A DNA stretch of 31,130 bases, taken from Promethearchaeota archaeon Loki_b32. Its GTDB lineage: Archaea; Asgardarchaeota; Lokiarchaeia; Sigyniarchaeales; SOKP01. A model generated the notes under the pieces. The model searched no databases. It saw only the letters and a program-made list of their open reading frames with translations, and had not been told where the DNA came from. This document shows positions 8,939-19,400 of the stretch, in pieces. How positions within the stretch are numbered: position 1 is the stretch's first letter; each line of letters opens with the position of its first letter. Both the position numbers and the translations under genes were made by a program. Location: positions 1 to 31,130 of the forward strand of contig NJBH01000041.1 in assembly GCA_005223125.1 (NCBI GenBank), given 5' to 3'.

Positions 8939-10075
8939 ATGAAAAATATTTATCAAACACCAAAAACAGATCCAATTTCTCTTTTTATATCATTATTATG
9001 GCTTTTACTTATTTTTGTATCAATGTTTTATGGGCAAAAAATACAAGCATGGAAAGCATCAAAAGAAATTCAAACAGCTCTAGAAAAATTAAAAAAATGG
9101 AATGATGAATGTAAAGAGATTTTAATTACAAACTTTAAGGAGTTTGCAGATAAAAAGAAAACTCAGAAAGATCTAATGTTTCAATTAGAAGACTTTTTAA
9201 CATTCATTACTATTTCTCCTGTTTCCCTTGACCCATATGGAATCATTCCTAAGTTTGATCATGTTGTTGATGTAAGAGATAATAGATTTAAAGAAGAAGT
9301 AGAGTTGCTGGCTCCAAATGCCGATAATATTCAAAGATCCCATTTAGAAAATTTATTGGAGGCAACAATGGCTATAGATTTCATCTATAGATTAATTCGA
9401 CATTACCTTATTCTAGGGAAGAAATCAAAATCAATGATTTTATTACTACAGATTTCATATCAATTAGGATTAATTATGGCTATGGCTAAAGCCTATTATC
9501 ATGCTGCTAAAGCCTTTTCTGAGGGTAGTCCAATTGGAGATGGATTGGGACCATTGGTTGTGGCTAGTTTTATTAGATCTGTATCAGAAGACGAGATTAA
9601 AGCTCATGAAATTACCAGAGAAACAATTGTACAAGAAGTCAATTTTGAAGATAGAACTGTGTTTGTCGTCCGTGCCAAAGGTCCAGGTGGAACTGTTGGA
9701 AAACCTGGAAAGGCAATTAAGCAATTAATTGAACAGCATGGTGATACAATATCAAGAATCATTATGATTGATGCTGGTTTGAAGCTTACTGGTGATAAAA
9801 CCGGTTCGATAGCAGTTGGAGTTGGAGCAGCTATAGGAGGTATTGGAATTGAAAAACATCTTATTGAAGAAGCTTCAACAGGAAAATTAATCCCGATAGA
9901 TGCCCTTATTTGTAAGCAATCTTTAGAAGATGCTATAACCACCATGAAAAGACCCATTACTAAATCTGTAGCACAATTTGTAGAGAAAATAAAGACTTCG
10001 ATCCGAAAGCGAACTGAAAAAGGTACAAAGATCATTTTGGCGGGTATTGGAAATACAACTGGAATCGGTGTCTAG
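8939..10075 (+). CDS. DUF1512 family protein (N-terminal TM helix)
   Basis: PVSLDPYGII, PIGDGLGPLV, KGPGGTVGKPG, IMIDAGLKLTG, AIGGIGIEK and C-terminal GIGNTTGIG are recognisable DUF1512 blocks. Confidence 0.85.
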   Translation: MKNIYQTPKTDPISLFISLLWLLLIFVSMFYGQKIQAWKASKEIQTALEKLKKWNDECKEILITNFKEFADKKKTQKDLMFQLEDFLTFITISPVSLDPYGIIPKFDHVVDVRDNRFKEEVELLAPNADNIQRSHLENLLEATMAIDFIYRLIRHYLILGKKSKSMILLLQISYQLGLIMAMAKAYYHAAKAFSEGSPIGDGLGPLVVASFIRSVSEDEIKAHEITRETIVQEVNFEDRTVFVVRAKGPGGTVGKPGKAIKQLIEQHGDTISRIIMIDAGLKLTGDKTGSIAVGVGAAIGGIGIEKHLIEEASTGKLIPIDALICKQSLEDAITTMKRPITKSVAQFVEKIKTSIRKRTEKGTKIILAGIGNTTGIGV

Positions 10076-10090
10076 TTTCTTTTTTTTTTT
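10076..10090 (+). terminator. Oligo-T tract, probable archaeal intrinsic terminator
   Basis: TTTC followed by a run of about 11 T immediately after the TAG stop of the DUF1512 gene. Confidence 0.45.
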
Positions 10091-10289
10091 AAGAAATAAA
10101 ACTTATTCTTTTCATACTTTTTTAATAGTATTTTTCAAATTGAATATTAATCTATAATAGAAAAAGAGACTAATAAATTCATTAGAAAAATAGAAATCAT
10201 TTTATAATTAACGGAATAAAATTACTTAATTGAATATTTTAATTAATAGAAAATAAAAATAGTAAAATAAAATTTATAATTGAGGTGTA

Positions 10290-12167
10290 ATGAAAATTTA
10301 CGGTTATATGGGAAAGATTCTTAGAGTTGATTTAACAAATGGTAAAATTAATGAAGAATTTCCAGATGAAGAGACATTAAAATTATATTTAGGTGGATCT
10401 GGTATAGCTACTAAATATATGATTGATGAAATACCAAAAGGTATAGATCCATTAGGTCCTGAAAATAAATTGATTTTTATGACAGGACCCTTAACTGGAA
10501 CTCCTTCTCCTAGTACTGGAAGATATAGTGTGAATGCAAAATCTCCTCTTACTGGTGTTTGGGGTGAAGCAAATTCAGCTGGTTTTTGGGGTCGAGATCT
10601 TAAAAGATCAGGCTTTGATGGAATAATATTTGAAGGGATATCTTCAAAACCAGTATATCTTGTTACTGAAGATGGAAAGGCTGAACTTAGAGATGCTTCA
10701 CATCTTTGGGGAAAAAATACTTCAGAAACAACAAGAATAATAAAAGAAGACCTTGGCAATAAGTTTAATGTTGCTTGTATAGGAATTGCTGGTGAGAATC
10801 TAGTCAAATATGCTGCAGTTATGAATGATTGTGATAAACCAAATTATGGAAGAGCTGCAGGAAGATGTGGAATGGGTACTGTAATGGGTTCTAAAAAGCT
10901 GAAAGCTATAGCAACTAAGGGTAACGCTAAAATCGAAGTGGCAAATCCCGAAGAATATAAAGCAGAAGCTAAGCAGAGATATGATTGGGTTAATCAAAGT
11001 TTATTAAAGATGACGCTTGAAGTGTTTGGTACAGCTACTATGGTTGATTTAGTGAATATTAAGGGTGGTTTACCTACGAATAATTGGCAAACTGGTGTCT
11101 TTCCAGCAGCTGATAAAATTAATGGAACCGCTATTAATGAGACGATCCTAACTGGGAGAAAACCATGCTTTGCATGTCCAATAGCTTGTGGACGATTAGC
11201 TGAGATCAAAGAAGGAAAATATAAAAGTACTGGAGAAGGACCAGAATATGAAACAATTGGAGCTTTCGGGACGATGTGTGGTGTTGATAATTTAGAAGCA
11301 ATTACCATGGCTCATTTCCTTTGTAATGAATATGGGCTTGATGTAATTTCCGCTGGAAACACAATTGGATTTGCTATGGAGTGTTATGAAAAAGGAATAT
11401 TGACAAAAGAGGATACAGGTGGTCTTGAGTTTAATTTTGGTAATACTGATCTTATTGTAGATCTTGTTTCAATAATAAGTAAAAGAGAAGGAATTGGTGA
11501 CTTACTAGCTGAAGGAACAAGAAATATGGCTCAAAAGCTAGGAAAAGATTCAATTAGATTTGCTATGCAGGTAAAAGGTTTAGAGCTCCCCGCTTATGAT
11601 AGTAGAGCTGCCAAAATCACTGGACTTGCTTATGCGACAGCAAATCGAGGTGGGTGCCATATTACAGGATATATCGAAGGTCCAGCCTTTTTAGGTATGC
11701 CATTTATGATAGTCGAGAATGCTTCAGTAGGAGATACTCTAATGGAAAATCCCGAAGATACTAAAGTAGTAAAAGATTTTGAAGACGCCTTTGGATTATT
11801 TGATTCTATTGGGGGATGTAAATTTATGGGAATGGTATTATCTTCTGAAGATTGGGCATCATTATTGTCAAAACTTCTTGGTTATGAGATTACTAAAGAA
11901 GATTTTGCTAAAATCGGAGAGAGACTTTACAATTTAGCAAGAATCTATAATGTAAGAGAAGGAATAACAAGAGCAGATGACACATTACCTCCGCGATTGC
12001 TAGAAGATCCCTTACCAGAAGGTCCTGCAAAAGGAATGACAGTTAATTTAGATCCTCTTCTTGATGCATATTATGATTATCGAGGTTGGGATAAAGAAAC
12101 TGGCAAACCAACAAAGGAGAAACTTAAAGAATTAGAATTAGAATGGGCAATCAAAGAAATATATTAA
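10290..12167 (+). CDS. aor: Tungsten-containing aldehyde:ferredoxin oxidoreductase family protein
   Basis: GYMGKILRVDLT, AKSPLTG, CIGIAGEN, AAGRCGMGTVMGSKKLKAI, Fe-S ligands CFACPIAC plus GGCKF, GPEYET, YGLDVIS, YY..RGWD. GAGGTG RBS. Confidence 0.95.
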   Translation: MKIYGYMGKILRVDLTNGKINEEFPDEETLKLYLGGSGIATKYMIDEIPKGIDPLGPENKLIFMTGPLTGTPSPSTGRYSVNAKSPLTGVWGEANSAGFWGRDLKRSGFDGIIFEGISSKPVYLVTEDGKAELRDASHLWGKNTSETTRIIKEDLGNKFNVACIGIAGENLVKYAAVMNDCDKPNYGRAAGRCGMGTVMGSKKLKAIATKGNAKIEVANPEEYKAEAKQRYDWVNQSLLKMTLEVFGTATMVDLVNIKGGLPTNNWQTGVFPAADKINGTAINETILTGRKPCFACPIACGRLAEIKEGKYKSTGEGPEYETIGAFGTMCGVDNLEAITMAHFLCNEYGLDVISAGNTIGFAMECYEKGILTKEDTGGLEFNFGNTDLIVDLVSIISKREGIGDLLAEGTRNMAQKLGKDSIRFAMQVKGLELPAYDSRAAKITGLAYATANRGGCHITGYIEGPAFLGMPFMIVENASVGDTLMENPEDTKVVKDFEDAFGLFDSIGGCKFMGMVLSSEDWASLLSKLLGYEITKEDFAKIGERLYNLARIYNVREGITRADDTLPPRLLEDPLPEGPAKGMTVNLDPLLDAYYDYRGWDKETGKPTKEKLKELELEWAIKEIY

Positions 12168-12208
12168 AATAATAATATTTAATTTTTTTTAAAAAACGGG
12201 AGAAAATC

Positions 12209-13912
12209 ATGACTGAAGAAAAAAAGCTAACATATGCCGATAAGCCATGGAAAAAGAGTTATAAGCTTGGACCTTTCAAACTTGCAGAAACTATGGCACC
12301 TTTCCCTGAAATATCAGTGTATAAATTACTTGAGGATTCCACAACAAACTTTCCTGATAGTAGAGCGATTAATTTTATGGATGAAGAGATAACCTACCAG
12401 GAATTAAAACTGCAAGTAGATAAATTTGCAACAGCATTATCGGATTTAGGGATAAAAAAGGGTGATACAGTAGCAACAATCCTTCCAAATTGTCCGCAGT
12501 TCATCATTTGTGACTTCGCAATTTTACGCTTAGGTGCAATTCATGTTCCTCTCAGTATATTACATAAAGCTCCCGATTTATTATATGAATTAGGTGAATC
12601 TAAAGCTGAAACTGTGATTTGTTCGTATAGACGCATTGAACGAATTCATCAAATAAAAGATCAAGTATCTGTTAAAACTATGATTTACACAACTGTTCCC
12701 ATTTTCCCTGATTATTCCTTACCCGAAATAAAAGAAACATATGGTGCGATTCGCTTTGAAGATTTAATAAATAAATATGATCCAAATCCCCCTGAAGTTG
12801 AAATAAACCCTAAAGAGGATCTTGCAGAATTACCTTTTACAGGAGGTACTACAGGTGTTCCAAAAGGTACTATGTTAACTCATTATAACGTGACAACTAC
12901 TATTATTCAGACTTTTCAGTGGTATACAAAACCATTGGAGGCAGGAATAAAGGGTAAAGCTTCTGTATTGGTATGTGTTCCAACATTTCATCAATATGGT
13001 CATATGATTGTATTCGCTTCTGTTTTAATGGGTATGTGTGTATTTTTAGTTGATCCAAGGGATATTAAAGGAATCTTAGAAATAATAAAGAAACATCGAC
13101 CTTTTATGGTTTGTGCGGTTCCTACTCATTATATGCTATTTATTGAGGGAGATATACCAAGAATGCCGATTTTTTATTATTCTGGTGCAGCTGCGCTTCC
13201 TTCTGAAGTTGCAGAAAAATTTGAAAAAAAAGCGGGTGTACCTATGGGTGAGGGTTATGGTATGACAGAATCATCTATAACACATATAAATATTTCTGCT
13301 CTTTCAAAAGTAACGGGATTTATGGCGGAAGTAAAAAGAGGTGTAGGAATGCCTGTACCCGATACTGATGTTAAACTTGTTGATCCAGAAACAGGTGAAG
13401 AGGTTCCATTTGGTGAAGCTGGAGAAATACTTGTTCGGGGACCGCAACTGATGAAAGGATATTGGCCTACTCCTGGTAAAGGATTAACTGAAGATGGATG
13501 GGTGTCAACTGGTGATATTGGAAAAATGGATGAGGATGGTTACTTCCATATAGTTGACCGAATTAAAGATATGATAAATGTATCCGGTATGAAAGTATAT
13601 TCTAGAGTATTTGAAGACCTTTTATATAAACATCCCGCAGTAAACGAAGCAGCTATTATTGGTGTCCCAGATCCAGAACGTCCTGGAAGTGAAAGAGTAA
13701 AAGCCTTTGTCCAACTAAATACTGGCTTTAAAAATAAAATTACAACAGATGAAGTAATTGAATATTGTAGAGAAAAATTTCCCCCATATGCAGTACCAAA
13801 ATCTGTTGAGTTTAGGAAGACTTTACCATTAACATTAGCTATGAAAATTTTTAAGAGAAAGCTTCGAGATGAAGAAATCGCTAAAATGAAGGAAAGGGGA
13901 GAAATTAAATAA
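12209..13912 (+). CDS. Long-chain-fatty-acid--CoA ligase (AMP-binding, FadD-like)
   Basis: FTGGTTGVPKG, EGYGMTE, TGDIG.MDEDGYF.IVDRIKDMI.VSG, and C-terminal catalytic Lys region (LPLTLAMKI). Confidence 0.92.
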   Translation: MTEEKKLTYADKPWKKSYKLGPFKLAETMAPFPEISVYKLLEDSTTNFPDSRAINFMDEEITYQELKLQVDKFATALSDLGIKKGDTVATILPNCPQFIICDFAILRLGAIHVPLSILHKAPDLLYELGESKAETVICSYRRIERIHQIKDQVSVKTMIYTTVPIFPDYSLPEIKETYGAIRFEDLINKYDPNPPEVEINPKEDLAELPFTGGTTGVPKGTMLTHYNVTTTIIQTFQWYTKPLEAGIKGKASVLVCVPTFHQYGHMIVFASVLMGMCVFLVDPRDIKGILEIIKKHRPFMVCAVPTHYMLFIEGDIPRMPIFYYSGAAALPSEVAEKFEKKAGVPMGEGYGMTESSITHINISALSKVTGFMAEVKRGVGMPVPDTDVKLVDPETGEEVPFGEAGEILVRGPQLMKGYWPTPGKGLTEDGWVSTGDIGKMDEDGYFHIVDRIKDMINVSGMKVYSRVFEDLLYKHPAVNEAAIIGVPDPERPGSERVKAFVQLNTGFKNKITTDEVIEYCREKFPPYAVPKSVEFRKTLPLTLAMKIFKRKLRDEEIAKMKERGEIK

Positions 13913-14059
13913 ATTAAAAATAGAACCAAATTTAATACTTTTTAAACTTTAAATTTTACTTTTCTGATTATAAAATAGATTACCTATAAAAACCAATTAA
14001 AATTTAAAATATATAAAATATTCAAAAGTTTATAAAAAAAAAAATTTAGAGTGAATTTT

Positions 14060-14482
14060 ATGAAATTTGGAACACCAGAATGGGCTGAAGCTTATTGTAA
14101 GGCAATTAACGAGAATCAAAATTATAAAGATGCTGCTGGACCAGAGGGCTTTCCGCCTAATGGATGGGAAGGTGATTTTCTCTTTCTTGTAGAACCTTCT
14201 GGGAATTTAGACCATGAAATCAGGATGTTTGTAGGACTTTATCATGGAGAATGTACAGGAGCTAGAATACTTGAAGAAGGAGAGGAAGTTAATACTGAAT
14301 ATATATATTCAGGGCCTTATGATGCTTGGGTACAAGTGTTAAAAAAGGAATTAGATCCAATTCGGGGCTTGCTCGCCGGAAAATTTAAACTCAAAGGGGA
14401 TATGGCCAAAGTCCTAAGAGCCACAAGAGCAGCACAAGAACTTGTCGTTTCTACTACAACGATTGATACTGAATTTTATTAA
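14060..14482 (+). CDS. SCP2 sterol/lipid-binding domain protein (start ATG 14060 preferred over GTG 14051)
   Basis: F.TPEW...Y...IN, WEGDF, LYHGEC, GPY..W.., LDPI..L..GKFKLKGDM. GAGTGA acts as an RBS before the ATG at 14060. Confidence 0.85.
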   Translation: MKFGTPEWAEAYCKAINENQNYKDAAGPEGFPPNGWEGDFLFLVEPSGNLDHEIRMFVGLYHGECTGARILEEGEEVNTEYIYSGPYDAWVQVLKKELDPIRGLLAGKFKLKGDMAKVLRATRAAQELVVSTTTIDTEFY

Positions 14483-14546
14483 AATAATAAATCTCCAATA
14501 ATTTTTTTCTTTTTTATTGAATCTTAAAAATTTTGTAAATTCTAAG

Positions 14547-15356
14547 ATGGATAATAACACAGGTAATTTTTTCGAATTAACAACCAAACAAGTTTATTTT
14601 TTTGATTTAGATGGTACAATATATTTAGGAAATAAACTCTTTAAGGGAGTTCTTGAATTAATTGAAGTATTAAGAACCAGAAAGAAAAAGTTTTTCTTCC
14701 TTTCAAACAATTCAAGTAAATCAACCGAAGATTACCTCAAAAAATTAAATAAGTTTAACCTAAACATCTCACGAGATAATCTCATTTTATCTCAATATCC
14801 TACAATAGAATACCTCAGAAAAAATAACTTTAAAAAATTATTCTTATTAGGAACTCAATCTCTAAAAAATGAGTTCAAGAAAGAAGGATTTGAACTAACC
14901 GAGGATGATCCTGAAATTCTGGTTCTAGCATTTGATCAGGAATTGACTTATGAACGTTTAGTAAAAGCTGCGTATTTCCTTCAAAAAGAAAACTTTCCCT
15001 ATATTGCCACTCATCTCGATAATAGATGCCCTACTGAGAATGGATACATTCCTGATGCAGGAGGTATTGCTGCCCTTTTATATAAAGCTACAGAAAGAAT
15101 GCCAAAAGTTTTTGGGAAACCAAATAAAGAAATGCTCCTTTTTAAGCTAGATCAATTAGGAATATCACCTAAAAATGCTGCTATGTTTGGAGATCGTCTT
15201 TATACTGACATGAAAATGGGAAAGAAGGCAGGTGTAACAACTTGTTGCTTATTATCGGGAGAGGCTACTATAGAAATGATAAATGCAACCGATGATAAAC
15301 CAGATTTTATTCTAAATGGAATTTGGGAACTCTTAGATGAATTCAATAAGAAATAA
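14547..15356 (+). CDS. HAD-superfamily subfamily IIA hydrolase (NagD-like phosphatase)
   Basis: FDLDGTIY, LSNNSS, PDAG, GKP, GDRLYTD motifs. Start uncertain (TTG 14517 or ATG 14547). Confidence 0.92.
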   Translation: MDNNTGNFFELTTKQVYFFDLDGTIYLGNKLFKGVLELIEVLRTRKKKFFFLSNNSSKSTEDYLKKLNKFNLNISRDNLILSQYPTIEYLRKNNFKKLFLLGTQSLKNEFKKEGFELTEDDPEILVLAFDQELTYERLVKAAYFLQKENFPYIATHLDNRCPTENGYIPDAGGIAALLYKATERMPKVFGKPNKEMLLFKLDQLGISPKNAAMFGDRLYTDMKMGKKAGVTTCCLLSGEATIEMINATDDKPDFILNGIWELLDEFNKK

Positions 15357-15421
15357 TTGAATTTTACTATTTTAAATAACCACTTTTCGAAAATTTTATT
15401 TCAATAAAGAAATTACTATAA

Positions 15422-15938
15422 TCAGAAATTTAAATCTCCATCACGATAAGTATGATAATTTCCTAAATATTCTATTATTAAATCTATTAAATTCATGAGA
15501 TTTGAATCTTTAGGATTTTTAACAAGATCTTTTAGTTTTTTGTTATCTAAAGAGTCAATAAATTCTAAAAACTCTGCTGATGACATTTTATCAATAATAG
15601 AGTAAGTACAAATGATTCGTAAAAGATCACTGAATGAGCTAAACTTTATACCATATAACAGACTACAGAATTGCTCGCTGTTAAGATATTCTAAAAATCA
15701 TTCCTTTCTAAGATACTCCCTTACCGTTTCATTACCTTCCTTGAATCTTATTGCGATCTCTTCTTTAAATATTTTTCCTGCTTGTTTCTCTCCAATTTCA
15801 GTTAATCTTTTTAACAAGGGAAACGCAAGACTTTTATGAATCAACCTTGTATTATAATTATTCTCGTACCATACCTGTAAATTACTACAATGCCCCCAAA
15901 ATTCTATTTCAGGGGGTATAATAATTTCACCCTCTTTT
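15422..15938 (-). pseudogene. 5'-truncated, nonsense-disrupted member of the 'FWGHCSNLQ' domain family
   Basis: Manual translation gives KEGEIIIPPEIEFWGHCSNLQVWYENNYNTRLIHKSLAFPLLKRLTEIGEKQAGKIFKEEIAIRFKEGNETVREYLRKE*FLEYL...DGDLNF*. It lacks the N-terminal FKVN..QC half and has an in-frame TGA at 15698-15700. Confidence 0.85.
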
Positions 15939-15963
15939 TATCGGTTGATTTCACCCTCTTTTT
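15924..15963. repeat. 16-bp direct repeat ATTTCACCCTCTTTTT (15924-15939 and 15948-15963) with an 8-nt spacer
   Basis: Read directly. TTTTATCGGTTGATT (15936-15950) also recurs exactly at 16089-16103. Confidence 0.9.
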
Positions 15964-16454
15964 CTATTTACTAATAACTCATCAATGAAGTCTTTAAATG
16001 TGGTTTTAAATTTCTCCCTAATTTCATCTCTATGAGGGTAATAAAATCTTCCTGTGTCGCCTAATAAAATAAAATCATCTCCAACCAGTTTTATCGGTTG
16101 ATTCTTATTACGGACTATTAACTCACTATAAAATTTATATCGAAAATCACTATAATCAATTTCACATATATCATCTCCAAATGCATCATAAACAATACGA
16201 GCTGTCAAAATGTCATAATCCTCTCTCAATTTGTATATATTTGAATCTAAAATATCATCCTCTATGTAATTTTTTAGTTTACGTTCAACATTAAACATAG
16301 GATCTTCATCAAATCGATTAATAAATTCTGCGGAAAGTCCTATTTTCTCTAACATCTTACCTAAATTTTGTTCTTTCTTAAGAGCAACAATAATACTAGC
16401 ACTAGAACTACTTGAATTCGTGATAAATCCATCGATAAGTTTTATTATTTTAAC
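15951..16454 (-). CDS. TNSSS-motif protein 3 (~167 aa); true start upstream of the ORF-track ATG, non-canonical (GTT 16454 or ATT 16460)
   Basis: The frame extends 33 codons upstream of ATG 16355: VKIIKLIDGFITNSSSSSASIIVALKKEQNLGK-MLEKIGLS. An in-frame TAG lies just above, and GAGGT is 8 nt before the GTT. Confidence 0.8.
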   Translation of the reverse strand, partial: VKIIKLIDGFITNSSSSSASIIVALKKEQNLGKMLEKIGLSAEFINRFDEDPMFNVERKLKNYIEDDILDSNIYKLREDYDILTARIVYDAFGDDICEIDYSDFRYKFYSELIVRNKNQPIKLVGDDFILLGDTGRFYYPHRDEIREKFKTTFKDFIDELLVNRKRG

Positions 16455-16471
16455 TTTAATATACCTCTAAT

Positions 16472-19400
16472 TCAATGAAATCGTGCAAATTTTAACTCAT
16501 TATATTCTTTTTTATATTCTAATAATAACTTTCCATACTCTTCTACTGCTTGTATTTCATCCTTAAAAAGCTTATAATAAGGTTTAAACGATTCATGAAA
16601 GAAATGACCGAGTTTTTGTTTTGTGTCATGTGTAACGATATTCTTATGAGTCCTGTACAATTTTAAAATACATTCAACGGCTAAAACCTGAAGTGATCGA
16701 CTATCTCTTAAATATAAAACTGTTAATCCTTTAAAAGCATCAATACCAAAGCTAAGAATAGCGTCCTTGAAAGGCTCTAATTCATCCTCTCTTATCCATA
16801 TACGCTCTTTCTCTTGGAGTTTATTGACTGTTTTCATAAAAGATTCTTGAATATCTTTATCAACCAAATCTACTAGTGCAGGCGATTTTAATTTTGGAAA
16901 AATCTTCGAATAATCTAAATCAGGGGAGAAAGCGATGTATAGCTGAAGTTCTGTATCAAGATCTTCTAAATAATTTAAAAATCCATCATCATTAAGGAAT
17001 CTTATAACTGAATATGAGCTTGTAGATATTAAACGCACCAAATTCTCTTTTAAATAAGATTTAGCATCCTTATCACCACTATCAACAAGTTTTTTTAAGA
17101 CTATTAATGGTAGGGGTGCTGAAATATCTTCCTTTAACGCTTTAATTATCTCTGATTTGATATGCTCATTTTTAAACGAGAAGATCTCTGTGAATTCTTT
17201 TTCCTCAAAGAACTTTAGATATTCTGGTCTAGATAAAAATGCAATGATATTTAATGGACTATTGGTAAAAATTTTTGAAGCTAGCTCATTAAATAATTCT
17301 CTTGCAGTGTTAACAGTCTGTTCTATATTCGAAGCAATTACTTTAATAGGAATTGAAAAAGGAGGATCTTGCTTTTGAAGAGAAAATTCAAAACTTTTCT
17401 TAAAAGTATCGCTTTTGTTTAAAGCTTCAAATATTTCTTCAAAATCTTCTTGAATTAAATCATTTAAACGACTATCCCTAAAAGTATCACCATATCTATG
17501 CTTCCTGAACATCTCATTTAATGACTTATAATCTCCGGTTTCGAATTTACTAATAATCTCCTTTTTCAAGTCTGCTAATTTGTCGCTACATGCTCTTCTT
17601 TCTCTAAATTTGTTAATAACACGTGGGACACCAAGTTTGGTGAGCTCTTTCAGTAAACTCAAGTCTACTTTATTGAAATCAAACTCCTTGAATATTGCGA
17701 TTAATTCTTCTTTACTGAATACCTTTAAATAATTTCTCTCCAGAATTAATTTGATTGTGTTTGAACCTTCACTTAGAAATATATTTTCTAACTCCCTCTT
17801 GTAGATTACTGGAACCAGGTGATTTAGTCGTGTTAATAGATTAAGAAAACTATGGCTTCCATCTTTTTTTAAATTGTCAAAATTTATTTTTTTGACAATC
17901 GATTTCTGCTCCTCTTCAGTGAAAAAATCGTGAAGATAATGTTTATTTACTATAGTGTTTATCTGTTTATAATTTCCTCTATAGAATTGCTTTTCAATTT
18001 CTTCTTTTATATAATTCTTTGCTAAGGATTTATTATATTTAGAAATACCTCGAAGGATTGATAGGCTTGTGTATTCATAATTCAAGATTCTTTGGAAATC
18101 GAATCTTTTTAATAAGTTATCGATTTCCTCTTCCTCAAATACATCAAGATAATTATTAGAAAAGAGATTATTCACATCCCGTACATTTCCGTTTAGAAGT
18201 ATTTTTCTGATCTCTTGTTTAAATATCTCCTTAGCTTTAGAAATCCCCAATGAACTCAGCAATTTTAGATCTATTAATCTCCTCTCCTTTTCACTTGATA
18301 AAAACGAAATATAATCAAAATCCCTAAAAATAATCTCTAATTCTTCAGTAGTAAATATTTTCAGTGAAACTCCATGATGATATGGTTTTAATATATCAGA
18401 GAAAGTTTTCCAGTCTTTAGCTTCAATTAATGAGATAATATGATCTTTGAAAAAAGTCCTTGCTCCTTTAATACCCTTATCAATGAGTTTTTTTAGCCAA
18501 TTATTTCGCTCTTTTTCCTTCCACTTTGATAATTTAGCAAAGTCAAAATCTTCAAATAACGTTTTTAACTCTTCTTCGGTAAAGTTAGATAAATAACGTT
18601 GATTCCATAAATATGTGATAACACTATAATTTCCATTAAGAAGTCTTTTAGCAACTTCCTCTTTAAAGAGATTTTTAGCTTTAATAACACCTTGATCAGC
18701 TAATTTTTTTAAAAGTGGAAAAGCTATGTTACTATGTAATAACCGCGTATCATAATTATTTTCTACCCACGCTTGAATATTGGAACAATGAGCCCAAAAT
18801 TCTTCTTCAGGAGAGATTTCTGTCGAAACATGATCTCTTTCGGTATTACTGTAAATCTCCGAAGCTTCATCAACAGATTCAATTCCATCATAATCTGGGA
18901 TCTCTTTGATTGGAATATTTAACAAAAGTTGCATACATTGGGTGAATCGTCTATCTTTAATGTATAAAATCGTTTTTTCATTTTCTAATCTAAGAGAAAT
19001 ATTATCATTGATTTGATAAATTTTGGATTTTAACAGCTCCACTAACTTTTTTGCCTTTTGTGAACGCATTATCTGTTCTGGCGATGCATAACGGGATGAG
19101 GAATGATATGCACTTTCCTCATATATCTGGAGAATTTCTTGTTTTAATGAATCTGGTAACATATTATTAATCTTGATAATATATTCTTGATCTAAATTTT
19201 GAAAAGCTATATAAAAGAAATCCTCAATTCCATGATTAGCCCATCTATCTGAAGGATTGTACTTCTCTAATAGTCGATTTATAATATTATATTCTTTATT
19301 TTCTATAATTGCTTTAATCTGATCTTGTGTAAAGATATCAAAAAATATATTAATAAATTCATATCCCCAATCTCCATATCTATAATTATTTTCATTGATT

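Noticed and set aside
1094-13929. Overlapping ORFs at 1094, 6845, 9501, 9604, 10304, 10800, 10994 and 13540
   Set aside because: All lie inside well-supported genes on the opposite strand or in another frame; typical shadow ORFs.
15612-15839. 75-aa plus-strand ORF
   Set aside because: Antisense to the clearly recognisable FWGHCSN-family pseudogene.
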